DNA from: Butyrivibrio sp.
GTDB taxonomy: Bacteria > Bacillota > Clostridia > Lachnospirales > Lachnospiraceae
Direction: 5' to 3'
NCBI GenBank assembly: GCA_015056495.1
Contig: SVGC01000005.1
Coordinates: forward strand, 74,982-138,981
DNA length: 64,000 nt
The translations under genes and the position numbers were made by a program. Positions 39,281-46,545 of the stretch are shown here, in pieces (the first letter of the stretch is position 1; the number at the start of each line of letters is the position of its first letter). The notes below the pieces were generated by a model that saw only the letters and a list, made by a program, of their open reading frames with translations, was not told the DNA's origin and did no database searches.

Positions 39281-40006
39281 TTATTGATTTCTCCAAACAC
39301 ATTTCTCGTGCTTTTTTAATTTAAAAAGAATGGAGAGCGCCTCCAATACTGTTGAGAATTTCAGTCCTGTAGAAGAACCAACATAGTGGATCGGAACTTC
39401 AATACAGTTTAATTTTCTACAGTAAAAACGCATTTCTGTCTGATACATATGTCCTGTAGACATGATCTGATCAAGGTTCATGGATTCAAGAACATGTCTC
39501 TGAAAAGCTTCATAGCCACTGGTCATATCCTTGAGTTTTGTACCAAGAACAATATTAGAAAGCAATGTGCCGCCACCGCTAAGCATTCTTCTATATAGAG
39601 GAAGGTCGCTCACTCCACCACCCTTGGTGAATCTTGAGCCCCAAACGCAATCATATCCTTCGTCAAGTTTTTCCATGAACTGGGGAAGCTGCTTTGGATC
39701 ATGGCTCATTCCTCCGTCCATCTCAATTATCCTGTCAGCTCCATCAGCCAATGCCTGTCTGTATCCTTCAAGATAACAGCTTATTACACCTCTGGATTCT
39801 TTATAATAGATCAGTTTGATATAAGGATTGGTCTCAGCCTTTTTCCTAATTATCTGTTCTGTATCATCCTTGGAAAAATCATCAATGACCGGATAATAGT
39901 ACAGATTCTCATACCCATGTGCAAAAATCTCATCAATTACCTGCTCCATGGTATCTGCTTCATTTGCCACCGGCATAACGATGATAGTTTTTAAATTACA
40001 ATTCAC
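39281..40006 (-). CDS. GT2-family polyprenyl-phosphate glycosyltransferase (DPM1/GtrB/ArnC-like, soluble form)
   Basis: KTIIVMPVANE, DDFSKDDT and IEMDGGMSHDP (the DxD region) are present. The start is probably GTG at 40006. The longest ORF reaches TTG at 40048 without an RBS. Confidence 0.65.
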   Translation of the reverse strand: MNCNLKTIIVMPVANEADTMEQVIDEIFAHGYENLYYYPVIDDFSKDDTEQIIRKKAETNPYIKLIYYKESRGVISCYLEGYRQALADGADRIIEMDGGMSHDPKQLPQFMEKLDEGYDCVWGSRFTKGGGVSDLPLYRRMLSGGGTLLSNIVLGTKLKDMTSGYEAFQRHVLESMNLDQIMSTGHMYQTEMRFYCRKLNCIEVPIHYVGSSTGLKFSTVLEALSILFKLKKHEKCVWRNQ

Positions 40007-40060
40007 TTTTTCAATAACTCCAATCCATCCAGGAAACCTATATCCCAAAATATATTAGTA

Positions 40061-40372
40061 TTACATTAACTGTATTATCAATTCAACAATAAATACGGCT
40101 ATGCAACCACTGGCTGCTACTGTTAAAAGACTCTTATTCCTGATTGCAAGAACAAGTGCCACAATAAAGCCCACTAATGATGATACCATATAATCCGATG
40201 CATTCAAAATCGCCGGAAAAGTCATGGCTGCAAGGGTTGCAAAAGGCACATAATATAAAAATGATTTTACAAACTTATTAGTTATCTCTTTTCTGATAAG
40301 AGTAAGAGGCAAAACTCGTATAAGGTAGGTAACTATTGCCATGACAGCAATATACATATATGGACTACGCAT
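40061..40372 (-). CDS. azlD: Branched-chain amino acid transport protein AzlD
   Basis: 103-aa hydrophobic protein that overlaps the azlC stop. Confidence 0.7.
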   Translation of the reverse strand: MRSPYMYIAVMAIVTYLIRVLPLTLIRKEITNKFVKSFLYYVPFATLAAMTFPAILNASDYMVSSLVGFIVALVLAIRNKSLLTVAASGCIAVFIVELIIQLM

Positions 40373-41093
40373 CTGCTTCCACCTCCTCTTTATCAGAATC
40401 CTTTACTGGCGCTATGATTGCTGCAAGGGTTGCTATGACAACTGTCACAATTATGATCCTGAATCCGGATGAAATGCTGCTTAAAACAGGTGCATAAGTA
40501 AATACCGAGCTTAAAAGCATAGCGGATATTACAACTATCATCACACTCTTCTTGGCCTTGGCTTCAGGAATGATTATAGCCAGAAACATTCCGTATATTG
40601 CCATTCCCAATGCGCTGATAATGCGTCCCGGCATGATCTGACCGGCAACAGCACCAAGAAATGTGCCCAGCACCCAGCCAAAAACTGACAAAAAGATAAG
40701 TCCATATGAAAAGGCAGGTCTTAGCTCTCCGCCTTTTAATATGCTTACTCCAAATATCTCATCAGTCACACCATAAGCTATGCCCATTCTATGTATTGTA
40801 GGCACGTCACTCTTTAGCTTCTGCGTCAACGCTGTAGACATGAGCATATATCGCAGATTGATAATTAATTGCAAAAGTGCCATCTCAGCAAAACTGGCCT
40901 GTGCAGTGATAAGTGACAGTGACGAAAACTGGCCCGCACTTGTCACATTGGTAAGTGACATTATTACTGCCTGTAATGTTGTTAGTCCTGCCTCAGATGC
41001 CTGTATTCCAAAGGCAAAAGACACTGCTATATACCCAAGGCATATGGGAATAGCATTTTGCATTCCGAGTTTAAAATCTTCTAGTTTTTCCAT
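40365..41093 (-). CDS. azlC: AzlC-family branched-chain amino acid permease subunit
   Basis: The start is taken at M26 (MEKLEDFKLG). The upstream 25 codons of the ORF are translation of the palindromic repeat. Confidence 0.7.
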   Translation of the reverse strand: MEKLEDFKLGMQNAIPICLGYIAVSFAFGIQASEAGLTTLQAVIMSLTNVTSAGQFSSLSLITAQASFAEMALLQLIINLRYMLMSTALTQKLKSDVPTIHRMGIAYGVTDEIFGVSILKGGELRPAFSYGLIFLSVFGWVLGTFLGAVAGQIMPGRIISALGMAIYGMFLAIIIPEAKAKKSVMIVVISAMLLSSVFTYAPVLSSISSGFRIIIVTVVIATLAAIIAPVKDSDKEEVEADA

Positions 41094-41122
41094 TATCTCA
41101 TCCCTGCTACTTTTTTCATTTT

Positions 41123-41199
41123 TGACCCTAGGGGACGGGGATAGTGGGTCATTCTGACCAATGGTCAAAATGTCCCCTTAACCCCGTCCCCTAGGGTCA
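41123..41199. repeat. 77-bp GC-rich palindromic element, same family as 30847..30915
   Basis: The element reads TGACCCTAGGGGACGGGG ... CCCCGTCCCCTAGGGTCA. It overlaps the last 10 codons and the stop of the alaX-like gene. Confidence 0.9.
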
Positions 41200-42424
41200 T
41201 ATCTTCAATAGTTTTTTTCAGTGTATCCTTGTCTGCTCCAGACAATGATCCCTGGATCATCTGTGCAGTGCCGCCGCCCTTGGCCTGACAAAGTTGTTTT
41301 AATGTTTCAAGTGCCACTCTGGCATCACCGTTCTTTATACCAAGAATATACCTATAACCTTTTTCATCATCGCCTGCAAAAACAGCGCAGTAGCCACTAT
41401 GCTTTTCTACTAGAGAGTTGACCATATTACGCATCTGGTTCTGATCCATCTCTTCTGCAAAAAAGGCTACATTCTGCTGATCATCAGGAATCTTGGCAAG
41501 TTCAACTTCCATCAGCTCTGCTCTGGCCTGGATCAGTGACTGCTTTACACTGGACAATTCAGTCTGAAGTTTGGCAATACTGCCTTTAATATTATCTGCA
41601 GAAGTTGAAAAGCCTGCTGCAATATCTGTAACCAGTTCGTGGTCATATCTAAATAGCTCCAGTGCCCTAAAGCCACATAGGATGCTGATCCTCACGCCGC
41701 CCTTATAATTTTGAGCTGATACAACCTTCAGGATACCTACTTCTCCGGTTCTATGGACATGTGGCGCACAGCAGGCGCATATATCAATTCCCGGGATAGT
41801 CACAAGGCGTACCTGCCCATTTATCTCTTTTTTACTTCTATAATCTATCTGCTCAAGCTCTTCATCTGTTGGAAAGGAAGGTACGATCTCAATATTGGCA
41901 TAGATTGCCTGATTGACTCTGGTCTCAATATCTGCAATCTGCTGAGCAGTCAATGGTTCATTAAAGTCCATGGTCACAACGGAATCACTCAAATGAAATC
42001 CCACATTATCATATCCATAAGTGTTGTGCACAAGTCCGGAAAAAATATGCTCTCCGGAATGCTGCTGCATGTTGTTATATCTATGCTTCCAATCGATTAC
42101 GCCTATACATTCAATGCCTTCTGCAAGCGAAACCCCAGATGGGTTGGCAACAATATGATATATGCAGTCCTCTTTTATCTGCACATCCACAACTTCAAGT
42201 TCTACCGTACTTCCAGACTTTTCCTCAGCCTTTATTGTTCCTTTATCAGGAGTCTGTCCTCCCTCTTCCGGAAAAAAGAGCGTCTTATCAAGTACAAGTA
42301 CATACAGATCATCTCTCTTAAGGGATGTGAGTTTATGTGTTTCATCATCTATTGGTCCAAAAGATACTATTGTAGCCGTAAACTCTGTGGCATAAGCATC
42401 TTTATCATATAATTTTTCAGTCAT
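41165..42424 (-). CDS. alaX: Alanyl-tRNA editing protein (AlaX-L type: editing domain plus DHHA1-like C-terminal domain)
   Basis: Zinc-binding motifs HSGEHIFSG and CACCAPHV are typical of Ala/Thr-tRNA synthetase editing (SAD) domains. Length is 419 aa. Confidence 0.7.
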   Translation of the reverse strand: MTEKLYDKDAYATEFTATIVSFGPIDDETHKLTSLKRDDLYVLVLDKTLFFPEEGGQTPDKGTIKAEEKSGSTVELEVVDVQIKEDCIYHIVANPSGVSLAEGIECIGVIDWKHRYNNMQQHSGEHIFSGLVHNTYGYDNVGFHLSDSVVTMDFNEPLTAQQIADIETRVNQAIYANIEIVPSFPTDEELEQIDYRSKKEINGQVRLVTIPGIDICACCAPHVHRTGEVGILKVVSAQNYKGGVRISILCGFRALELFRYDHELVTDIAAGFSTSADNIKGSIAKLQTELSSVKQSLIQARAELMEVELAKIPDDQQNVAFFAEEMDQNQMRNMVNSLVEKHSGYCAVFAGDDEKGYRYILGIKNGDARVALETLKQLCQAKGGGTAQMIQGSLSGADKDTLKKTIEDMTLGDGVKGTF

Positions 42425-42528
42425 TTCATCTCCTTCAACAAGCCTTTATGCAACATTATATCGTTTTTAAAGCGAATTATAAACCTCTTCAGTAGTGCAT
42501 CTTAACAGACAACCAATTTATCATGAAA

Positions 42529-42565
42529 GAACAAAGAATGTCGATTTCCTATGATATAAAAAAGG
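42529..42565. repeat. Collapsed copy of the 137-bp repeat (left 15 nt joined to right 20 nt)
   Basis: GAACAAAGAATGTCG + ATTTCCTATGATATAAAAAA equals the two termini of 48331..48467 without the internal ~100 bp. Confidence 0.75.
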
Positions 42566-42588
42566 AACCAGAAATAAATCTGATTCCT
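42557..42588 (-). terminator. Rho-independent terminator after carD
   Basis: On the minus strand, an AGGAATCAG / CTGGTTCCT stem (one G-U pair) is followed by a T6 run. Confidence 0.6.
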
Positions 42589-42621
42589 AAATATGAATGC
42601 CTATCTACAAGTTGTATGTTA

Positions 42622-43140
42622 TTATGCTGTCTCCAATGGTAACTGATCTAATTCATCAATGATGCGGTCCTTGATTGCTGATGGCTCTGCATCAAGTGAA
42701 TAAGCCAGCTCATTATAAAGAAGCTTTTCAGCCATGCCAAGATACTTTTCATCCATAGAAGCAAATTTCTTGCCTTCCATCTCACGAATAGCCTTGATTC
42801 TGCGTAATGTCTTGACCAGACGCAGCATCTCACTTGTAACATTATTCTTTATAAATTCCAAAATAACAGCTTCAGCCTTTTTGCCAGCAGGCAAATTGAC
42901 TATTTCAAGTTCATCAAGCTCATCTATAAGCCCCTGTGCATCATCAGCGCCTATGACTTCACGCATCTTATCTTCAGCACCTTCAACTGGAACATAAAGT
43001 GTGCCATTGATATCTGTCACTGAAACCATTAAGTAATACAGTTTCTCTTTTCCCCTCTCAAGAAACGGTGGTACTAAAATATCGTGCACCTTGCATAATC
43101 CATGACTTCCATACACAACACAATCGCCTTTGTTTAACAT
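42622..43140 (-). CDS. carD: CarD/CdnL-family transcriptional regulator
   Basis: The N-terminus reads MLNKGDCVVYGSHGLCKV (CarD_TRCF-type RNAP-interaction domain). AGGAGG precedes the ATG at 43140. Confidence 0.75.
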   Translation of the reverse strand: MLNKGDCVVYGSHGLCKVHDILVPPFLERGKEKLYYLMVSVTDINGTLYVPVEGAEDKMREVIGADDAQGLIDELDELEIVNLPAGKKAEAVILEFIKNNVTSEMLRLVKTLRRIKAIREMEGKKFASMDEKYLGMAEKLLYNELAYSLDAEPSAIKDRIIDELDQLPLETA

Positions 43141-43196
43141 AACTGTTCCTCCTTTGGAAAAAACTGCCACAAGAGCAGTACAAACAATCCGGACAA

Positions 43197-43210
43197 TGTA
43201 AGCGCTTTCA
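43197..43210. promoter_or_regulatory. cre-like (CcpA) site
   Basis: TGTAAGCGCTTTCA fits TGWAANCGNTNWCA at every constrained position. Confidence 0.45.
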
Positions 43211-43221
43211 AATATAAGGGC

Positions 43222-43262
43222 AAAAAAAGCGTAGTTCGGTGTTTTTAGTCCCCCTACTACGC
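43222..43262 (-). terminator. Rho-independent terminator after the DUF1846-GNAT operon
   Basis: On the minus strand, a GCGTAGT ... ACTACGC stem is followed by a T7 run. Confidence 0.6.
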
Positions 43263-43363
43263 CGCTTGATATTTAATATATTAACACATTATAAACAAAA
43301 TTGCACATCTAAAATTCCGAAAGGAGTGCTTTGAGTATTTGAGTAAATGCATAATTATAAGTG

Positions 43364-43918
43364 CTATGACCGTGTATTCCACATTTCATAAGTAATGTAA
43401 TTGACGTGTTCTGTTCGAACCTCGTGCAGCATTGGAATGTGTGATTCATAATTAGTATGATGCCCCATAAAACCACACTTTTCCTGAACTCTCTTAGACC
43501 TGTTATTACCATCAAAATATGCACAATATATCTTGGTAAGTTTCAGATCTTCAAATCCATGTCTGACAACTTCGCTTAAAGCCTCAGTAGCATAGCCTCT
43601 ATTCCAAAATGGCATGCCGATCCAGTAGCCTATCTCGCCTTCACCTTCTACTCTACCTCGCTCGGTATTTTCTCCAAGATTAAGACTTATGCTCCCGATT
43701 GGCTTATCTGTACCACCTTTTTCCACAATGGCATAATCTTCTTCGCCATTTAATATGGTACGGATAATGGCTCTGCTATAGGCAACATTTTCATGAGGCA
43801 GCCACCCTGCCTTTCTTCCAATTTCAGGATTCCTTGCAAGAAAGTACAGGGATGCTGCGTCTTGATCATTCCATTTTCTAAGTATCAGTCTGTCAGTCTC
43901 TAATATCATATGGTTCAA
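43364..43918 (-). CDS. GNAT N-acetyltransferase (RimJ/RimL-like)
   Basis: The N-terminal region LETDRLILRKW is present. The 4-nt overlap (ATGA) with the upstream gene suggests translational coupling. Confidence 0.7.
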   Translation of the reverse strand: MNHMILETDRLILRKWNDQDAASLYFLARNPEIGRKAGWLPHENVAYSRAIIRTILNGEEDYAIVEKGGTDKPIGSISLNLGENTERGRVEGEGEIGYWIGMPFWNRGYATEALSEVVRHGFEDLKLTKIYCAYFDGNNRSKRVQEKCGFMGHHTNYESHIPMLHEVRTEHVNYITYEMWNTRS

Positions 43919-45396
43919 CCGTGGAATAACTTACTGGTCTGATAACGTGGTTCACATGTAAGGTTGATTCCCAGCTTGTGAAGTGTATTTTCATCTGTCT
44001 GTGAGAGGATAACTGAAGAATGTACTTCACATCCTCTAAGGGCATCAAGCTGTGCAAGAGCTTTTGCAGCAGCTTCATCAGTGCCGGCACAGATTGTCAG
44101 GGCAATAAGGATCTCATTGATATGAAGATGTGGGTTATTATTGCCAAGGTAATCTATTTTTAACTTCTGAATAGGCTCAATGATAGTAGGCGCAATGAGA
44201 TCGATTCCATCATCAACTCCGCCAAGGGTCTTAAGGGCATTAAGAAGCATAGCAGAAGTAGCACCCATAAGAGGTGATGTCTTTCCTGTTATGACTCTTC
44301 CATCTGCAAGCTCAATAGCTGCTGCAGGCTCTCCTGTAACCTCTGCCTTGAGATTAGCTGCTGCCACAACAGGTCTGTCCTGAATAGAAGTCTCAGCCTT
44401 TTTCATCAGAAGCTCTAATTTATCAACTGTTTCCTGAGTACTCTCTCCGTTTCTAAGAGCAACTTTTTCTCTATAATAACGTCTGATTATCTCGCCTCTT
44501 GCAGCTGCTTTAACTGCTTCATCATCAAAGATGCAGTTTCCTGCCATGTTTACACCCATATCTGTTGGTGACTGATAAGGTGATTTGCCATATATCTCTT
44601 TAAACATAGCATTAAGAACAGGGAATACATCTACATCTCTATTGTAGTTAACTGTAGTCTCACCATATGCCTCAAGGTGGAATGGGTCGATCATGTTAAC
44701 ATCATTAAGGTCTGCTGTAGCTGCTTCATAAGCAAGATTTACAGGGTGCTGAAGTGGGAGATTCCAAATAGGGAATGTCTCAAACTTGGCGTATCCGGCT
44801 TTTACGCCATGTTGATTTTCATGATATAGCTGTGACAGGCACACTGCCATCTTACCGCTTCCTGGTCCTGGAGCAGTAACAACAACAAGAGAATGACTTG
44901 TTTCAATGTAGTCATTTTTGCCATAACCTTTATCACTGATAATAAGAGGAATATTTCCGGGATAACCTTCAATTGAATAGTGTCTGTAGACCCTGACGCC
45001 CAGTGCTTCAAGCTTGTGCTGATAAGCCACTGCGCTTTCCTGACCTTCATACCTAGTAAGAACTACGCTTCCTACATACAGGCCATAGTCTCTGAAAGCG
45101 TCAATAAGACGAAGAACGTCCATGTCATAAGTGATACCGAGATCACCACGAACTTTGTTTTTCTCAATGTCGCCTGCGTTAATAACGATAACTATTTCGA
45201 CATCTTCCCTGATCTGCATAAGCATTCTGATCTTACTGTCAGGTTGAAAACCTGGCAAAACTCTAGATGCATGATAATCATCAAATAGTTTTCCGCCAAA
45301 TTCCATGTAAAGTTTTCCGCCGAACTGCGATATACGCTCTTTAATACGTTCGGACTGCATTTTCAGGTATTTGTCATTATCAAATCCGTATTTCAT
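43915..45396 (-). CDS. DUF1846 / UPF0371-family protein
   Basis: The N-terminus FDNDKYLKMQSERIKERI...GGKLFDDYHASRVLPGF is typical of UPF0371. Length is 493 aa. Confidence 0.75.
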   Translation of the reverse strand: MKYGFDNDKYLKMQSERIKERISQFGGKLYMEFGGKLFDDYHASRVLPGFQPDSKIRMLMQIREDVEIVIVINAGDIEKNKVRGDLGITYDMDVLRLIDAFRDYGLYVGSVVLTRYEGQESAVAYQHKLEALGVRVYRHYSIEGYPGNIPLIISDKGYGKNDYIETSHSLVVVTAPGPGSGKMAVCLSQLYHENQHGVKAGYAKFETFPIWNLPLQHPVNLAYEAATADLNDVNMIDPFHLEAYGETTVNYNRDVDVFPVLNAMFKEIYGKSPYQSPTDMGVNMAGNCIFDDEAVKAAARGEIIRRYYREKVALRNGESTQETVDKLELLMKKAETSIQDRPVVAAANLKAEVTGEPAAAIELADGRVITGKTSPLMGATSAMLLNALKTLGGVDDGIDLIAPTIIEPIQKLKIDYLGNNNPHLHINEILIALTICAGTDEAAAKALAQLDALRGCEVHSSVILSQTDENTLHKLGINLTCEPRYQTSKLFHG

Positions 45397-45606
45397 ATTA
45401 TCCCCTGTTCCTTATTCATTTTAAAACGTGTCTCTATTACAATTAGATATAATAAAATAATTTTACTACTATTTTCAATGCTCTAATATAAAAATAATCA
45501 ATCTTTTTTCCTCTAATAAAAATGAAAAATGAAAATAATGACTTAATTTACTTAAATGGCTTTTTATAGCCTTTTCTAATATCATTTGCTTAACTTACTA
45601 AAAATT

Positions 45607-45620
45607 TGTAAGCGTTTTCA
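45607..45620. promoter_or_regulatory. cre-like (CcpA) site upstream of the DUF1846 operon
   Basis: TGTAAGCGTTTTCA matches the cre consensus. Confidence 0.45.
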
Positions 45621-45696
45621 CAATTTATTCACACATTTTTGCAAAATTTGTGTATAATAATACTTACGAAGTGTTTATCACTTCTCCCCCTCATAT

Positions 45697-45732
45697 GAAA
45701 AATGCCCGACATTTGATTGTCGGGCATTTTTC
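45697..45732 (-). terminator. Rho-independent terminator after the 45820..46131 gene
   Basis: A GAAAAATGCCCGACA / TGTCGGGCATTTTTC perfect 15-bp stem with T-runs on both sides. Confidence 0.8.
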
Positions 45733-45819
45733 ATATCTAAATATATCTATTTCATTTTTCACTTTTTACCAAGAAACTGTGTAAGCGCTTTCCATTTTTC
45801 CGTAGAATTTGAAATTATA

Positions 45820-46131
45820 TCAACCTTCATCCTTGATAACGACAGTACCACCACTCTTAACAGAATCTTTTTGTATAAGTTCAATTGCTGCTGCAGCGAT
45901 CCTCATCATGTTAGCTGCATTATCTCCATAGCTTTCAAATTTTTCAGCCGCCTGAAGACAGTACTGTCTGGCAGATTCAATTTCAGCACCTGTAAACATC
46001 TTACCATTGCAATAAACAGTTCCAGTTGCAGGATCGTATCTTGAAGGATCAGATTTTTTCTCCCCGGCAAAACCCATGCTCTGTGCTAACTGTGAAACAA
46101 GATCTTTTTTTAGATTGTCATTAACTGCCAT
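45820..46131 (-). CDS. Hypothetical small protein
   Basis: The ATG at 46131 follows GGAGG. Length is 103 aa and no family was recognised. Confidence 0.5.
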   Translation of the reverse strand: MAVNDNLKKDLVSQLAQSMGFAGEKKSDPSRYDPATGTVYCNGKMFTGAEIESARQYCLQAAEKFESYGDNAANMMRIAAAAIELIQKDSVKSGGTVVIKDEG

Positions 46132-46311
46132 GCTATCAACCTCCAAATTATATTGAAAACAATATTTTTTACATTATTCACGCAATAATATATTACCATT
46201 TTCAGGCGAAAAAATATTCGTTTTTACATATTCTTTATACTTTTTTAAAGTTTACTATTTGTTGGTTTTTATAATTGTTTTTACGATTATAAAAAAGTAG
46301 TAAAAAAGTTG

Positions 46312-46341
46312 TTGACAATTACAGGCAATCAGTAGTATATT
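46312..46341 (+). promoter_or_regulatory. Sigma-A promoter of tRNA-Met
   Basis: TTGACA, 18 nt, TATATT, about 40 nt upstream of the tRNA. Confidence 0.6.
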
Positions 46342-46383
46342 AACATGGTCGGTTGCGGAAAGCACTGATACAGATAACCTTGT

Positions 46384-46457
46384 GGCGAGATAGCTCAGTT
46401 GGCTAGAGCACGCGGTTCATACCCGCGGTGTCGAGGGTTCGAATCCCCCTCTCGCTA
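46384..46457 (+). tRNA. tRNA-Met (anticodon CAT), elongator-like; a lysidine-modified Ile2 cannot be excluded
   Basis: Hand-folded cloverleaf. The acceptor is GGCGAGA / TCTCGCT, the D arm GCTC-AGTTGGCTA-GAGC, and the anticodon arm CGCGG-TTCATAC-CCGCG. The T arm is GAGGG-TTCGAAT-CCCCC with one mismatch. CCA is not encoded. Confidence 0.85.
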
Positions 46458-46460
46458 CTA

Positions 46461-46497
46461 TAAAGCTCTGAAAAGTAAATCTTTTCAGAGCTTTTTT
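46461..46497. terminator. Rho-independent terminator (bidirectional)
   Basis: AAAGCTCTGAAAAG taaat CTTTTCAGAGCTTT followed by a T-run. Confidence 0.8.
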
Positions 46498-46545
46498 GTT
46501 ACTACGTTAAATAGCGGGAATGCCTCTCAGCATCCCCGCCACCTA

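Noticed and set aside
41094-41168. The N-terminal extension of azlC (MTIGQNDPLSPSPRVKNEKSSRDEI).
   Set aside because: These codons are the translation of the palindromic repeat 41123..41199. The internal Met (MEKLEDFKLG) gives a typical AzlC N-terminus.
41753-42412. Long antisense ORFs in the track. Examples: 41753..42412 (+, 219 aa), 17079..17561 (+, 160 aa), 31416..31883 (+, 155 aa), 52979..53422 (+, 147 aa), 17711..18145 (+, 144 aa), 47314..47736 (+, 140 aa) and 40780..41157 (+, 125 aa).
   Set aside because: Each lies entirely inside a well-supported minus-strand gene with clear family motifs. They have low-complexity or Ser/Leu/Ile-rich translations, no RBS and no recognisable domains. 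They are shadow ORFs.
45628-45732. A possible plus-strand sRNA: a TATAAT box at 45653, a GAAGTG/CACTTC hairpin, a C-rich CUCCCCCUC stretch, then the 45697..45732 hairpin.
   Set aside because: The -35 spacing is poor (19 nt to TTCACA, 8 nt to TTGCAA). The terminator is fully explained as the terminator of the minus-strand gene 45820..46131. Without expression data this is over-interpretation.
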